Assembly: GCA_038064455.1 (NCBI GenBank)
Contig: JBBTTB010000006.1
Coordinates: 5,147 to 69,146 of the forward strand
From: Patescibacteria group bacterium
GTDB taxonomy: Bacteria; Patescibacteriota; Minisyncoccia; 2-02-FULL-40-12; GWA2-44-9
Direction: 5' to 3'
Length of the DNA: 64,000 nucleotides
Shown: positions 26,594 to 36,328 of the stretch, piece by piece
Numbering within the stretch: the stretch's first letter is position 1
Layout of the letters: each line of letters begins with the position of its first letter
Notes under the pieces: generated by a model
The model's input: only the letters and a program-made list of their open reading frames with translations
Database searches by the model: none
Told to the model about the DNA's origin: nothing
Program-made: the position numbers and the translations under genes

Positions 26594-28465
26594 ATGACAA
26601 AAATTCTTGGTATTGACCTTGGAACAACTAATTCAGCAATGGCAATAGTAGAAGCTGGCCAGCCTCGTGTTCTTGAGAATGCCGAGGGCATGCGCACAAC
26701 GCCTTCCATTGTTGCCATGAAAGGAAGCGAGCGGTACGCCGGTGTTACCGCAAAGCGTCAGGCGGTCACAAATCCGCACCACACGCTTTATTCGATCAAG
26801 CGCCTCATCGGCCGTCGTTTTTCTGACGCAGAAGTGCAGAAGGATAAAAACCTTCTCCCATATCAGATTCGCCAGGGCGTACACGATTCTGTTGAGGTAC
26901 TCATGGGAGACAAGTGGTACAAACCGGCAGAAATCTCCGCGATGATCCTTCAAAAGATGAAAGCAGACGCCGAGAGCCGTTTGGGTCAAAAAATTACGGA
27001 AGCGATTATCACTGTTCCCGCATACTTCGATGACGCACAGCGTCAGGCGACCAAAGACGCGGGAGAAATCGCCGGACTGACCGTACAGCGCGTTATTAAT
27101 GAACCAACTGCTGCCGCACTGGCGTACGGGTTCAATAAAAAGAAGGATGAAAAAATTGTCGTCTATGACTTTGGTGGCGGTACCTTTGATATCTCTGTGC
27201 TGGAGGTTTCAGAAGACACCATCGAAGTGAAGGCGACCGGCGGCGATACCCACTTGGGTGGCGATGATCTTGACCAGCGCATTATTCATTTCTTTATCGA
27301 TGAATTTAAGAAAGAGCAGGGCGTCGACATCTCAAAAGATCAGATGGCGCTCCAGCGCTTGAAGGATGCTGCAGAGAAGGCAAAACACGAACTCTCCAGC
27401 ACGCCACACGCAGAAGTGAATATTCCATTTCTTACCGCAGACGCGAGCGGGCCAAAGCACTTCACGATGACATTCACGCGTGCCAAGCTGGAAAGCTTAG
27501 TGCACGATCTCATCGACCGTTCTATTCAACTTACGCGTGATGCGGTGAAAGAAGCCGGATTCTCGCTCTCTGATATTCACGAAGTGGTTATGGTGGGTGG
27601 CCAGACACGCATGCCTGCTATCGTTGATGCGGTTCGAACGCTCTTTGGAAAAGAGCCACACAAAGATATCAATCCAGACGAGGTGGTTGCTATCGGCGCC
27701 GCAATTCAGGGAGGTATCATGCAGGGCGACGTGAAAGATGTCTTATTGTTAGACGTGACCCCGCTTTCTCTTGGTATCGAAACTATGGGTGCGGTCATGA
27801 CAAAGATGATCGAAAAGAACACCACCGTTCCCGTTGCGCGAACGCAGGTATTCTCAACAGCAGCTGATAACCAGCCTTCTGTAGAGATCCATGTGTTGCA
27901 GGGTGAGCGTCCTATGGCAGCTGACAACAAGACGCTCGGCCGCTTCATTCTCGATGGCATCCCACCAGCGCCTCGCGGCGTACCACAAGTTGAAGTAACC
28001 TTCGACATTGATGCGAATGGCATCTTACATGTTAAAGCGAAAGATAAGGCAACGAACAAAGAGCAATCTATCCGTATCGAAGGATCTTCCGGTCTTACCG
28101 AAGATGAAAAGAAGCGCATGGTTGCGGACGCAGAACAGTTTGCCGCCGAGGACGCGAAGAAGAAAGAGCTTGTCGATATGCGCAATGCAGCAGAAACACT
28201 TGTCTACACATCTGAAAAAACATTAAAAGATGCGGGTGAGAAAGTGAACGCAGATGATAAAAAGGCCGTTGAAGATGCGATGGCCGCAGTAAAGCAAGTA
28301 AAAGACTCTGACGATGTCGCCGCTATCAAGAAAGCAGTAGAAGGTCTTTCAACTGCAGTGCAGAAAGTGGGGCAAGCGATGTACCAACAGCAACAGGCAC
28401 AGGCAGCCCCAGAACAGCCGAAGGAAGAGATGAAAGAAGAAAAGCCAGCAGAAGAGCAGAAGTAA
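26594..28465 (+). CDS. dnaK: Chaperone DnaK (Hsp70).
   Basis: [20 protein letters not shown].., DLGGGTFD and the rest of a full-length Hsp70. The track start at 26522 is too long. Confidence 0.95.
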   Translation: MTKILGIDLGTTNSAMAIVEAGQPRVLENAEGMRTTPSIVAMKGSERYAGVTAKRQAVTNPHHTLYSIKRLIGRRFSDAEVQKDKNLLPYQIRQGVHDSVEVLMGDKWYKPAEISAMILQKMKADAESRLGQKITEAIITVPAYFDDAQRQATKDAGEIAGLTVQRVINEPTAAALAYGFNKKKDEKIVVYDFGGGTFDISVLEVSEDTIEVKATGGDTHLGGDDLDQRIIHFFIDEFKKEQGVDISKDQMALQRLKDAAEKAKHELSSTPHAEVNIPFLTADASGPKHFTMTFTRAKLESLVHDLIDRSIQLTRDAVKEAGFSLSDIHEVVMVGGQTRMPAIVDAVRTLFGKEPHKDINPDEVVAIGAAIQGGIMQGDVKDVLLLDVTPLSLGIETMGAVMTKMIEKNTTVPVARTQVFSTAADNQPSVEIHVLQGERPMAADNKTLGRFILDGIPPAPRGVPQVEVTFDIDANGILHVKAKDKATNKEQSIRIEGSSGLTEDEKKRMVADAEQFAAEDAKKKELVDMRNAAETLVYTSEKTLKDAGEKVNADDKKAVEDAMAAVKQVKDSDDVAAIKKAVEGLSTAVQKVGQAMYQQQQAQAAPEQPKEEMKEEKPAEEQK

Positions 28466-28863
28466 AAAGAAGAGCCCCGACGGAAAGTTTCCGCCGGGGG
28501 AGAGAGGGGTGCTAGTAGAACCGAGCGCTGCGGTGCGTGGGGCGCCCGGAATGTGATCGCTTCAGGAACGTGGGCCGACGATTTTTTGGCTCTTGTGGCC
28601 GAGGTGAGTGATTACCTGCCACGACGTGCCCGATGTGCCAGGACTGGCACTTCGGGTCGAAGTAGGCGTGGATCCTACCACCATCGGTTCTGTGCGGGTC
28701 ACCATCGCGCCATCGCGCAACGACCCATGCCGCTTCTCGGCCACGGTATCGCCGCTTGTGACAGATGTGACACCAACCACATGCGAACTTCCTGTGTTGC
28801 GGACCTTCGGGCATCCGCACCTCCTCTACGAATATCGTAGCGCTGTGTTAGAATAAATGCATT

Positions 28864-29643
28864 ATGGAAACTGTGGATACACAAAAAGAATGGGGCCTCC
28901 TCGTGCTGACGTTTTTTGTTGCGGGGGCGCTCTGGGGCACGGCGCGTATGTGGTTGGGGCCTACCGTACAAACGCTCTCTGACCCCTTCTTGTGGGGGCC
29001 GGTGCTTATGGTGGGAGTTGTACTCGCGGCGGTTATGAGCGTGAGCTACCTACTTGTTGAAAGTAAGTGGTGGCGGTTTGGTATTTCATGCGCGGCACTT
29101 GCACCGCTTGTTCTCGTGTTACCAGTAAGTGGAGCGTATGTAGCTGCGCTCTGTGCGTCATTGCTCATTATGAGTCTTGGGGCCCGTGATATTTCCATAC
29201 ACGCTGACCACGGGCGTGGTACAGGAAAGATTGTTACGGCGCTCTTTATCGCCGCATCACTTGCATACCTTATGGCTCCTGCGGTGCAAGATCGTGCGAA
29301 CACGGGGATTGTACCCGATAGCGCCATCGGCATGATACAAAAAACTGTTGGAGCTATTGTCGGCTCGGAACTCGATAGGCTCCCATTCTTTCAACGCAAA
29401 GCAGTAGAGGAGCAAATCGCAGAACAAACTATAGCGACGATCAATACACTCTCTGCGCCATTTGCAAAGTATATTCCCGCGGTACTCACTCTTACGCTGT
29501 TCGCAGTGCTTATCAGCGTAAAGCCCATCTTCTCATGGCTTGCAAGAATCACTGGCCTGTTTATTATCTGGCTTATGCAAAAAATGCACATTGTTGAAGT
29601 GCATACAGAGACGATAGAACGGCAGAGATATGCTTTGCGCTAA
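28864..29643 (+). CDS. Hypothetical polytopic membrane protein.
   Basis: Several hydrophobic helices. No recognisable family. Confidence 0.35.
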   Translation: METVDTQKEWGLLVLTFFVAGALWGTARMWLGPTVQTLSDPFLWGPVLMVGVVLAAVMSVSYLLVESKWWRFGISCAALAPLVLVLPVSGAYVAALCASLLIMSLGARDISIHADHGRGTGKIVTALFIAASLAYLMAPAVQDRANTGIVPDSAIGMIQKTVGAIVGSELDRLPFFQRKAVEEQIAEQTIATINTLSAPFAKYIPAVLTLTLFAVLISVKPIFSWLARITGLFIIWLMQKMHIVEVHTETIERQRYALR

Positions 29644-30119
29644 GGCGTTGGCGTTGGAGAGGCTTCTGGTGAGGGGGACGGCGAAGGTGAGGGAGAGAGT
29701 ATGGGGTCTGATACATTGCCAAGCACCGTAATATCACATCGATCAGTGCGCGCGGGGATGATTCCATTCGCAGGATCTCCCGAGATAAGCACTACGGGAT
29801 ACGCGCCCGGAGTTGCGAAGGTGACGGTAAACGATGCGCCGCTCCCCGCCACTGGCGATCCTTGCGGAGCGCGCCATGCATACATGCTCGGGTTGCCTCC
29901 AGAGGCAGTGAGCGTGATGTTCTCACCACTCGTAATAGTTGCGGTAGCGGGAAGGCAGAATGTTTGTGGCGGTGCTTGTGAAATATCAACAGCACTCTGC
30001 GAACCAACTCCACGGAAAAGCTGTACAAAAAATGGACGGTCCTGGAGCCACCATCCAGCGGCAACAATGGCGAGTGTTCCTCCTAGGGCGAGTAGTGTCT
30101 TGCGAAGCGTATGATCCAT
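29640..30119 (-). CDS. Hypothetical secreted protein with an N-terminal TM or signal anchor, a beta-rich domain and a C-terminal (SP)n/(TP)n tail.
   Basis: Signal-anchor LLALGGTLAIVAAGWW. SPSPSPSPSPEASPTPTP tail. Confidence 0.35.
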   Translation of the reverse strand: MDHTLRKTLLALGGTLAIVAAGWWLQDRPFFVQLFRGVGSQSAVDISQAPPQTFCLPATATITSGENITLTASGGNPSMYAWRAPQGSPVAGSGASFTVTFATPGAYPVVLISGDPANGIIPARTDRCDITVLGNVSDPILSPSPSPSPSPEASPTPTP

Positions 30120-30172
30120 ACCCTATAGTATATGTCTGATCCCCGTATTCCCACAAGGACAATCTATCCACT

Positions 30173-30970
30173 ATGAAAGACCCCTATAGCATTTTGGGCG
30201 TTTCACGCTCTGCATCAGCGGACGAAATCAAAAAAGCATTTCGTTCTTTAGCGCACAAGCTACACCCTGATAAAAAGGGTGGCGATGCAGAAAAATTTAA
30301 AGAAGTAAATGAGGCATACCAAGTGCTCTCTGATACAGAGAAGCGTGCGCAGTATGACCGCTTTGGCTTTGCAGGGCAGGGATCCTATGGCGGCGGGCAA
30401 CAGGGTGGAGGTCACGCTGGTTTTGATGGCACAAACTTCTGGGATTTCTTTGGTGGGGGCGGAGGTCAGCAACAGCAGGCAGGCTTTGGATTTGAAGACG
30501 TGTTTAATATGTTTTCTGGAGCTGGAGCCGCTCCTCGCGGTCCACAGAAAGGAGAAGATATGTATTTTCAGGTGCAAGTAGAGAAAAAGGATCTTGGAAA
30601 AACGCGAACGTTTTCTTTTGAGGGCTTCACTTCATGTGCAACGTGTCACACGAGCGGCGTGAAGCCTGGTTCGCGTATGAAGTCATGCGATACGTGTAAG
30701 GGTTCCGGACAAGTGCGCCAGCAAGTGAGAACGCCCTTTGGTGTATTTGCACAAACAGGTGTGTGTAATGCATGCGAAGGGCAAGGTGAAACGCCAGAAA
30801 AGAAATGCGAATCATGTGACGGCGTTGGCCGTTCGCGTGGTAAGAAAACGATAGAGATTCACATTCCAGAAAAGCTTGAAGGGGACTACGCTATCGCGCT
30901 TCCCGGATTTGGACACGCGGGAACGCGCGGAGCACCTGCGGGAGACGTAGTTATCACCCTCAAGCGCTAA
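30173..30970 (+). CDS. dnaJ: DnaJ-like co-chaperone, truncated form: J domain, G/F region and a CR zinc-finger domain with a short C-terminus.
   Basis: J domain with HPD (AHKLHPDKK). Gly/Phe-rich linker. Four CxxCxG(x)G-like repeats. Only 265 aa, so most of the C-terminal substrate and dimerisation domain is missing. Confidence 0.7.
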   Translation: MKDPYSILGVSRSASADEIKKAFRSLAHKLHPDKKGGDAEKFKEVNEAYQVLSDTEKRAQYDRFGFAGQGSYGGGQQGGGHAGFDGTNFWDFFGGGGGQQQQAGFGFEDVFNMFSGAGAAPRGPQKGEDMYFQVQVEKKDLGKTRTFSFEGFTSCATCHTSGVKPGSRMKSCDTCKGSGQVRQQVRTPFGVFAQTGVCNACEGQGETPEKKCESCDGVGRSRGKKTIEIHIPEKLEGDYAIALPGFGHAGTRGAPAGDVVITLKR

Positions 30971-30987
30971 ACAAAGAGCCATGCGAC

Positions 30988-31539
30988 GTGCTAGACTGCA
31001 CTCGTATGGATGTACTCGAAAAGTTTAACCTCGCGCACATTGGGGCGAATATTCAAGCGCTCACGGGACCACAAGAACTTTTTGGTATCGCGTTGGTGGC
31101 ACTTATTGCGCTGTACGGCATGAGTGTAGGAAAAACACGCGCCATTGTTTCGCTGTTAAGTATTTATATTGCGTTCACGCTTGCTTCCGCTTTTCCTTTT
31201 GTCGGCTTCCTTGAACGTATCCCATGGGTGGCGGCAACTGATGCTGGCATTGTTCGTGCCGGACTTTTTCTCGTTGCGTACATAGGCGCCTTTTTTATCT
31301 TTCAAAGTACGTCACTGCGTTCACGGTTATCTATGGGGGAGATGAAGCTTCCGCATGTACTTTTGATCAGCGTAGCGCAAGTAGGATTCTTGATGAGCAT
31401 TCTCCTTTGGTTTGTGCCATTCACTGCGTTGCCAGATCACATCGCATCACTGCATCCTTATTTTGGAACCCCAGAAGCATTTTTTGTGTGGGCACTCTTG
31501 CCGCTTGGTATCATGCCGTTTGTGCACGGCCATAAATAA
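30988..31539 (+). CDS. Hypothetical membrane protein with four TM helices.
   Basis: Hydrophobic ORF followed by a terminator. Confidence 0.35.
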   Translation: MLDCTRMDVLEKFNLAHIGANIQALTGPQELFGIALVALIALYGMSVGKTRAIVSLLSIYIAFTLASAFPFVGFLERIPWVAATDAGIVRAGLFLVAYIGAFFIFQSTSLRSRLSMGEMKLPHVLLISVAQVGFLMSILLWFVPFTALPDHIASLHPYFGTPEAFFVWALLPLGIMPFVHGHK

Positions 31540-31546
31540 AACAAAA

Positions 31547-31576
31547 CCCACCGTTGTGTTGGTGGGCTCTTTCATG
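31547..31576. terminator. Bidirectional terminator hairpin.
   Basis: CCCACC-gttgtgtt-GGTGGG followed by ctctttcat, between convergent genes. Confidence 0.6.
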
Positions 31577-31592
31577 CGTTAGGAGCGTGGTC

Positions 31593-32009
31593 CTAGCGAA
31601 TGAGGTTGGCGGTAAGTTGTACAGTGATGTAGATGCTCATTGGCCCAAAGAGCGCCCCTAGGATGTAGGAGACATCGAACGTGTCTCGTTCGAATGGCTT
31701 GCCGAGAGCCGAGAGTATTTTCTGTGCCCACCGTACCTTTGCTTCTTGCAGTGCGTAGATCGTGATGTAGGTGTTCCACACCACCATTGCCACCAAGATG
31801 GCGGCGAGCGGAGTGAGCACTTCTTGAAGCACGAATGTTTCGGGGCCAAATGTGCGCACCAGCACTGCCAGCAGTGCCCAGGGAGCGATGAACGCACACA
31901 CGCTCACCACACTTCCCATGAGGACGCCACAGGCCATGGATGGCCTCATGCTTCGTTCGGCCGCCTTGTCCTTTTGCGCGAGATCTTCTTTGATGAGAGT
32001 GGGCATCAT
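31593..32009 (-). CDS. Hypothetical small membrane protein.
   Basis: Hydrophobic ORF translationally coupled (ATGA overlap) to the upstream small membrane ORF. Confidence 0.35.
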   Translation of the reverse strand: MMPTLIKEDLAQKDKAAERSMRPSMACGVLMGSVVSVCAFIAPWALLAVLVRTFGPETFVLQEVLTPLAAILVAMVVWNTYITIYALQEAKVRWAQKILSALGKPFERDTFDVSYILGALFGPMSIYITVQLTANLIR

Positions 32010-32266
32010 TCCTCCTTTTTGTTTTTGAGTCTCGCCGCTCTCTCGTTTGTGAGGAATGTGTCGTAGCTCACAAAAAAGGTCCAGAGAGACCCCAAGAGTC
32101 CAGTGTAGATGATGATGACATCGCCGTGGTCTTTGGGGCCACCAATCTCCATCGAGAGGAAAAGATAGGTGGCTTCGAGCGCGATAAGGACACTACCAAC
32201 CATCCCAAGCCAGCAGCAACGCTTCCACTCGGGGAACGACTTCCAGAGCTTCCAGTAACCTCGCAT
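32006..32266 (-). CDS. Hypothetical small membrane protein.
   Basis: 86 aa with two TM helices. Overlaps the downstream gene start by 4 nt. Confidence 0.35.
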   Translation of the reverse strand: MRGYWKLWKSFPEWKRCCWLGMVGSVLIALEATYLFLSMEIGGPKDHGDVIIIYTGLLGSLWTFFVSYDTFLTNERAARLKNKKEE

Positions 32267-32321
32267 TGCGGCACCTCCTTAAACTTACTATATCACTTTT
32301 ATAGAAAAAGTACAGAGCTTC

Positions 32322-32894
32322 CTATTTCTTTCCCATGCGTTCAGCATACTGACCGGTTTCAGTGTTTACGCGGATGATGTCTCCTTCTTCGATGAAGAGT
32401 GGTGCGTTAATGGTAGCACCAGTGTCGATTTTTACTTGCTTTACGCCACCTTGTGCCGTATCGCCACGAATAGCTGGGGGAGCTTCCACAACAGTAAAGT
32501 CCATTTTAACCGGGAGTTCTACGTTGATGATCTCTCCATTAAACATGAGTGCATCAAGTACCGTGTTTGCTTTTAAATATTGCACGCCAGTGCCGATAAT
32601 TTCCTGAGCGAGCTGGAAGCGTTGGGAAGAATTGCCCTCTTCAGAAAACCAGTATTGGTCTCGGTGGTTGTAGAGAAAGGTGACTTTCTTGCGTTGTACG
32701 TCAGCTTCATCAAAGACGTCAGACTGTGCAAAGTTGCGTTCGAGCACTTTACCGTTGATGACGTTACGCATACGTGTTTGCACCACAGGGCGACGCTGTT
32801 GCATCTTAAGGTGGTGCGTTTCAAGGACCATATATGGCTGGTCCTCGTAAATGAAATACATCTTCGGTTTTAGGTCGTTGACGCCGAGTGACAT
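32322..32894 (-). CDS. efp: Elongation factor P.
   Basis: 190 aa. KOW-like N-domain (..NDLKPKMYFIYEDQPYMVLE..) and two OB domains. Terminal GKK. Confidence 0.75.
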   Translation of the reverse strand: MSLGVNDLKPKMYFIYEDQPYMVLETHHLKMQQRRPVVQTRMRNVINGKVLERNFAQSDVFDEADVQRKKVTFLYNHRDQYWFSEEGNSSQRFQLAQEIIGTGVQYLKANTVLDALMFNGEIINVELPVKMDFTVVEAPPAIRGDTAQGGVKQVKIDTGATINAPLFIEEGDIIRVNTETGQYAERMGKK

Positions 32895-32946
32895 AGGAAA
32901 ATAAGGTTATTGTGCCGGACGATTGTACTATATCTTCGTGCTTGTT

Positions 32947-33891
32947 TCAAGGCAAAGAAATATTGGGAAAGAAGGCTTTGTTGCCGTTTAAAAAGAGTGA
33001 TGCGGGAAGCAGTTTGCCACCGGGTTGTTGGAGAGAATCAACGGCGAGCACTCCAGAACCGCACGTAACGAGGAAAGACCCCTGGGCATATGCGTACACA
33101 GTGCCCGGAGCCCCCGTGCCAACGCTCTCTGGGAGTGCGTGGGCACGATGGATGCGCACATCTTCGCCATTCCACGGCGTCCATGCGCCCGGTTCCTGTG
33201 CAAACGCGCGGATATGATTATAAATAGCCTCGCTCGATTGCTCCCATGATATGCGCCCCGTCTCTCGCGTGACCATGTGCGAGAATGTTGCGTGGTCGTG
33301 GTCTTGTGGCTGTTTTTGTGCCGTGCCTTCTTTGATATGCATCAGCGCAATGTGCATGAGCTCTGCGCTTTCTCGTGCGGCACGCTGTAATACATCGGAG
33401 AAGTACTCATCAGGAGCGATAATAAACGGTTCCTGCAAAAGAATGGGGCCATGATCCATTTCTGCATCGATGCGCATAATACTGATAGCGCTTTGAGTGA
33501 CGCCATCTTTTATAGCATATTGCAGTGGCGCGGGACCGCGATACTGCGGAAGCTTGGAAGGATGTGCATTGATGAATCCGTGGCGCGGGATAGAAAGGAG
33601 CGCCTCGGGAATAATCTTGCCATACGCGACAACCACGCAGACATCTGGCTTGAGAGACTCTATAAGCTTTTTTGCTTCAGATGTTTTCAGAGTTGTGGGC
33701 GTATGCGTGGGGATGGCGTGAAGTTCAGCAATAGAAGCAACGGGCGTTGGGGTAAGAATTTTTGATCTCCCCTGGTGTTTTGCGGGTGCTGTAATGACGC
33801 CACATACATCGAACTCTTTCGACTCAATAAGCTTCTGCAGTGTTGGTACGGCAAATGTGGGGGTTCCCCAAAAAAGAACTCTGTAGCTCAT
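32947..33891 (-). CDS. fmt: Methionyl-tRNA formyltransferase.
   Basis: VLFWGTPTFAVPTL.., formyltransferase motif (FINAHPSKLPQYRGPAPLQYAI) and the C-terminal tRNA-binding domain. Confidence 0.85.
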   Translation of the reverse strand: MSYRVLFWGTPTFAVPTLQKLIESKEFDVCGVITAPAKHQGRSKILTPTPVASIAELHAIPTHTPTTLKTSEAKKLIESLKPDVCVVVAYGKIIPEALLSIPRHGFINAHPSKLPQYRGPAPLQYAIKDGVTQSAISIMRIDAEMDHGPILLQEPFIIAPDEYFSDVLQRAARESAELMHIALMHIKEGTAQKQPQDHDHATFSHMVTRETGRISWEQSSEAIYNHIRAFAQEPGAWTPWNGEDVRIHRAHALPESVGTGAPGTVYAYAQGSFLVTCGSGVLAVDSLQQPGGKLLPASLFLNGNKAFFPNISLP

Positions 33892-34370
33892 GATATTTTT
33901 TTCTGCTCTTTTGCGCGATCAGCGATGACGGTGCCATTGAGGTGATCGGTCTCATGCTGTAACACTCGTGCGAGAAAACCACGCGCTCGGAATTTATATT
34001 TTTTTCCATCGGCGTCATACCCTTTAAACATGACTTTTTTTGCACGAAAGATGGGCATGTACGTGTTGGGAATAGAAAGGCAGCCTTCTTCCAAGACATC
34101 CGTTTCTTTTGAGTATTCAGTAATCTCCGGATTCGCAAATGCGTCAGGGATGTTGTGCTCTTTTGCGAGCTCGGCGTCAATAACGAAGAGGCGAAGCTGT
34201 TGTCCCACTTGATTTGCGGCAAGCCCAACGCCATTTGCGGCAAGCATGGCGGTTCGCATGTCTGCAATGAGCTTAGAAAGCTGTGCGCTCCCAAACCAAT
34301 CGTCGGGGACGTCTGGCATTGGGGTCTTTAAGATTTTTTGTGGAATGGTAACGATTTCCATTTCGCACAT
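33888..34370 (-). CDS. def: Peptide deformylase.
   Basis: GVGLAANQVG, EGCLSIP and HETDHLNG motifs. 4-nt overlap with fmt. Confidence 0.9.
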   Translation of the reverse strand: MCEMEIVTIPQKILKTPMPDVPDDWFGSAQLSKLIADMRTAMLAANGVGLAANQVGQQLRLFVIDAELAKEHNIPDAFANPEITEYSKETDVLEEGCLSIPNTYMPIFRAKKVMFKGYDADGKKYKFRARGFLARVLQHETDHLNGTVIADRAKEQKKIS

Positions 34371-34388
34371 AGTACCAAGTGCGAAGTC

Positions 34389-36251
34389 TTACAGCAACGC
34401 CTCATCGAGCGATGGCGGGTTCGCAATGATGCGCCACGGTTGTGGTACGTGAGGGGCGATATGCGCAAAATCGTGAACTTCCTTTGTGCGAATCAGTATA
34501 ACGCCCACCGTTTGGGCGCGGTCTCTGAATATGAGTGCGGGCACTGGTGTGCGCACCGTAACGCGTTCTTGGAGCTTATGATGTTGGATTGCCTGCATGA
34601 GGAGCTGGGCACATGTTTTTGCGTGCGTGTGTACGTGTGCTGGCGATGCACCGCGAATAGTGAGAGCAATAAGATGCCATGCGGGAGGATAGCCCGTGAC
34701 TTGGCGAGCTTGAAATTCAGATTCGAGCCACTGCGGCACGTCATACTGTGCGGTAAGCGCTGGGTGATGTGGCGCATACGTTTGTACATGAACACTCTCT
34801 GGCTCCCACGCACGGAGTAGTGCGATCGTTGCGGCGCTTGATTCATCATTCGCAAAATCGGGACGATATGTGAGCGTATCGAACGAAGGAACAATAATGC
34901 GTCGGAATGCTACAGAGTGCTTCCAGCGGAAGAGTTTTGCAGTTGCAACAAGTATGGCATCAGGATGTTCGCGAAGGTGCGCAAGCACGGATTCGGGATG
35001 CGCCGTGGAATCATCAAGCATAAAAATAGGGACATCCGGTGCCAAAAAGGCACTTAGTGAAGCAATTTTTTCTATGCCCGTCGTACCCGTAGCATACAGA
35101 GATACTTTATGGCATCGCGGACAGCGATCAGGCGCTGGGCGAGATTGCGTACAGCGGTAGCACATGAGCTGTGGCGGCTCTGTGGCGCGTGTAATGCGCA
35201 TGGGAATATTGCAGTTGGTGCATGCGGCATATGCACCGCAGAGGCGACAGGTATATAGTGATGCAAAACCTTTTCGTGTTGCATACACAAGTGTGTGACC
35301 GTGGGGATCCACTCGGAACACATCCTCGATGCTTCGCGCATACAAGTTGGCGTGTCCTGCGGCACGTTCAGCCCCCATATCTACAACGTGAAGCGTGTGT
35401 GATCTTTCGAGAAAGTTTTTTGTATCACTGCTTTTTGCCTGTACTAAAGGGAACGTGGTTATCGTTGTATATGTCGCGCCCCATTGTGTAGCGAGCCACT
35501 GCGCGAATGTCGCCGCATGAAGGCGAGGCGAACCTTCGCTCCAATGTCCTATGTGGCGTGGGTCAATCACAATGATGCGCGCGCAATCCATAAACGGCGC
35601 AAGGAGTGCGCTTCGAGTACCTATAATGACGCGCGCGTTTCCGTCAGCGATTGCTTCTCTTGCCGCGGTGAGCGCCTTCGCCCCAAGGTTTTTAGAAATG
35701 ACAACCGGATTATGCGCCGCCAACACTTCTGCATATACGGGGATCCATTCGCTGTCGGGAACGATAATACAGGCCTGCGTCCCTTTCCGTAGCGAAGCGC
35801 ATAGTTTTTGTACTACAGCACGTTCTTCACTCATAGAAGCGATTATTTCTTCTTCCGGCCGTTGTTTTGGTTTTGCTTCGGGAAGGCGAAGGAGTAGCGA
35901 TGTGCGTGGACGAGCTCGTGACAGATCGGGGAAAAGAAGTGTGCACGCAGTCGCGAGAGAAATGCACGCTGTTTGTGCAATCCATGTAGCTACTGCGAGT
36001 GCGCCATCACTCACGATGAGGGCTGGATCGTACGCCGATATGATTTTTTTAGGCGCAAATGAGCCGGAGCGAATGCGCTGGCGGGCTTCAGAGAGCGAAT
36101 GCACCTCAAGAACGATACCGTTGATTGTTCGTCGTGCGAGAGGGACTTTAACGAGCGACCCACGCGGTACTGGCGTGAGCGAGAAATAGGAGAGCGTTTC
36201 TGGCGCCTGGATGGGGATACGCGTAAGGGGGATAATGGTAAGAATAACCAT
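34389..36251 (-). CDS. priA: Primosomal protein N' (PriA)-like, with degenerate ATPase motifs.
   Basis: PriA-type N-terminal DNA-binding domain, Cys-rich zinc region (CRLCGAYAACTNC...CYRC...CPRC) and C-terminal domain. The Walker A position reads ASMSEERAVV and the DEEH box reads DPRH. Confidence 0.6.
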   Translation of the reverse strand: MVILTIIPLTRIPIQAPETLSYFSLTPVPRGSLVKVPLARRTINGIVLEVHSLSEARQRIRSGSFAPKKIISAYDPALIVSDGALAVATWIAQTACISLATACTLLFPDLSRARPRTSLLLRLPEAKPKQRPEEEIIASMSEERAVVQKLCASLRKGTQACIIVPDSEWIPVYAEVLAAHNPVVISKNLGAKALTAAREAIADGNARVIIGTRSALLAPFMDCARIIVIDPRHIGHWSEGSPRLHAATFAQWLATQWGATYTTITTFPLVQAKSSDTKNFLERSHTLHVVDMGAERAAGHANLYARSIEDVFRVDPHGHTLVYATRKGFASLYTCRLCGAYAACTNCNIPMRITRATEPPQLMCYRCTQSRPAPDRCPRCHKVSLYATGTTGIEKIASLSAFLAPDVPIFMLDDSTAHPESVLAHLREHPDAILVATAKLFRWKHSVAFRRIIVPSFDTLTYRPDFANDESSAATIALLRAWEPESVHVQTYAPHHPALTAQYDVPQWLESEFQARQVTGYPPAWHLIALTIRGASPAHVHTHAKTCAQLLMQAIQHHKLQERVTVRTPVPALIFRDRAQTVGVILIRTKEVHDFAHIAPHVPQPWRIIANPPSLDEALL

Positions 36252-36328
36252 TGTTTTACTTAGTGTAGCGCACGCACAGAGGCCCGCAATGGCTTCACAG
36301 GAGAGGGGAATACGGTATACTGATCACT

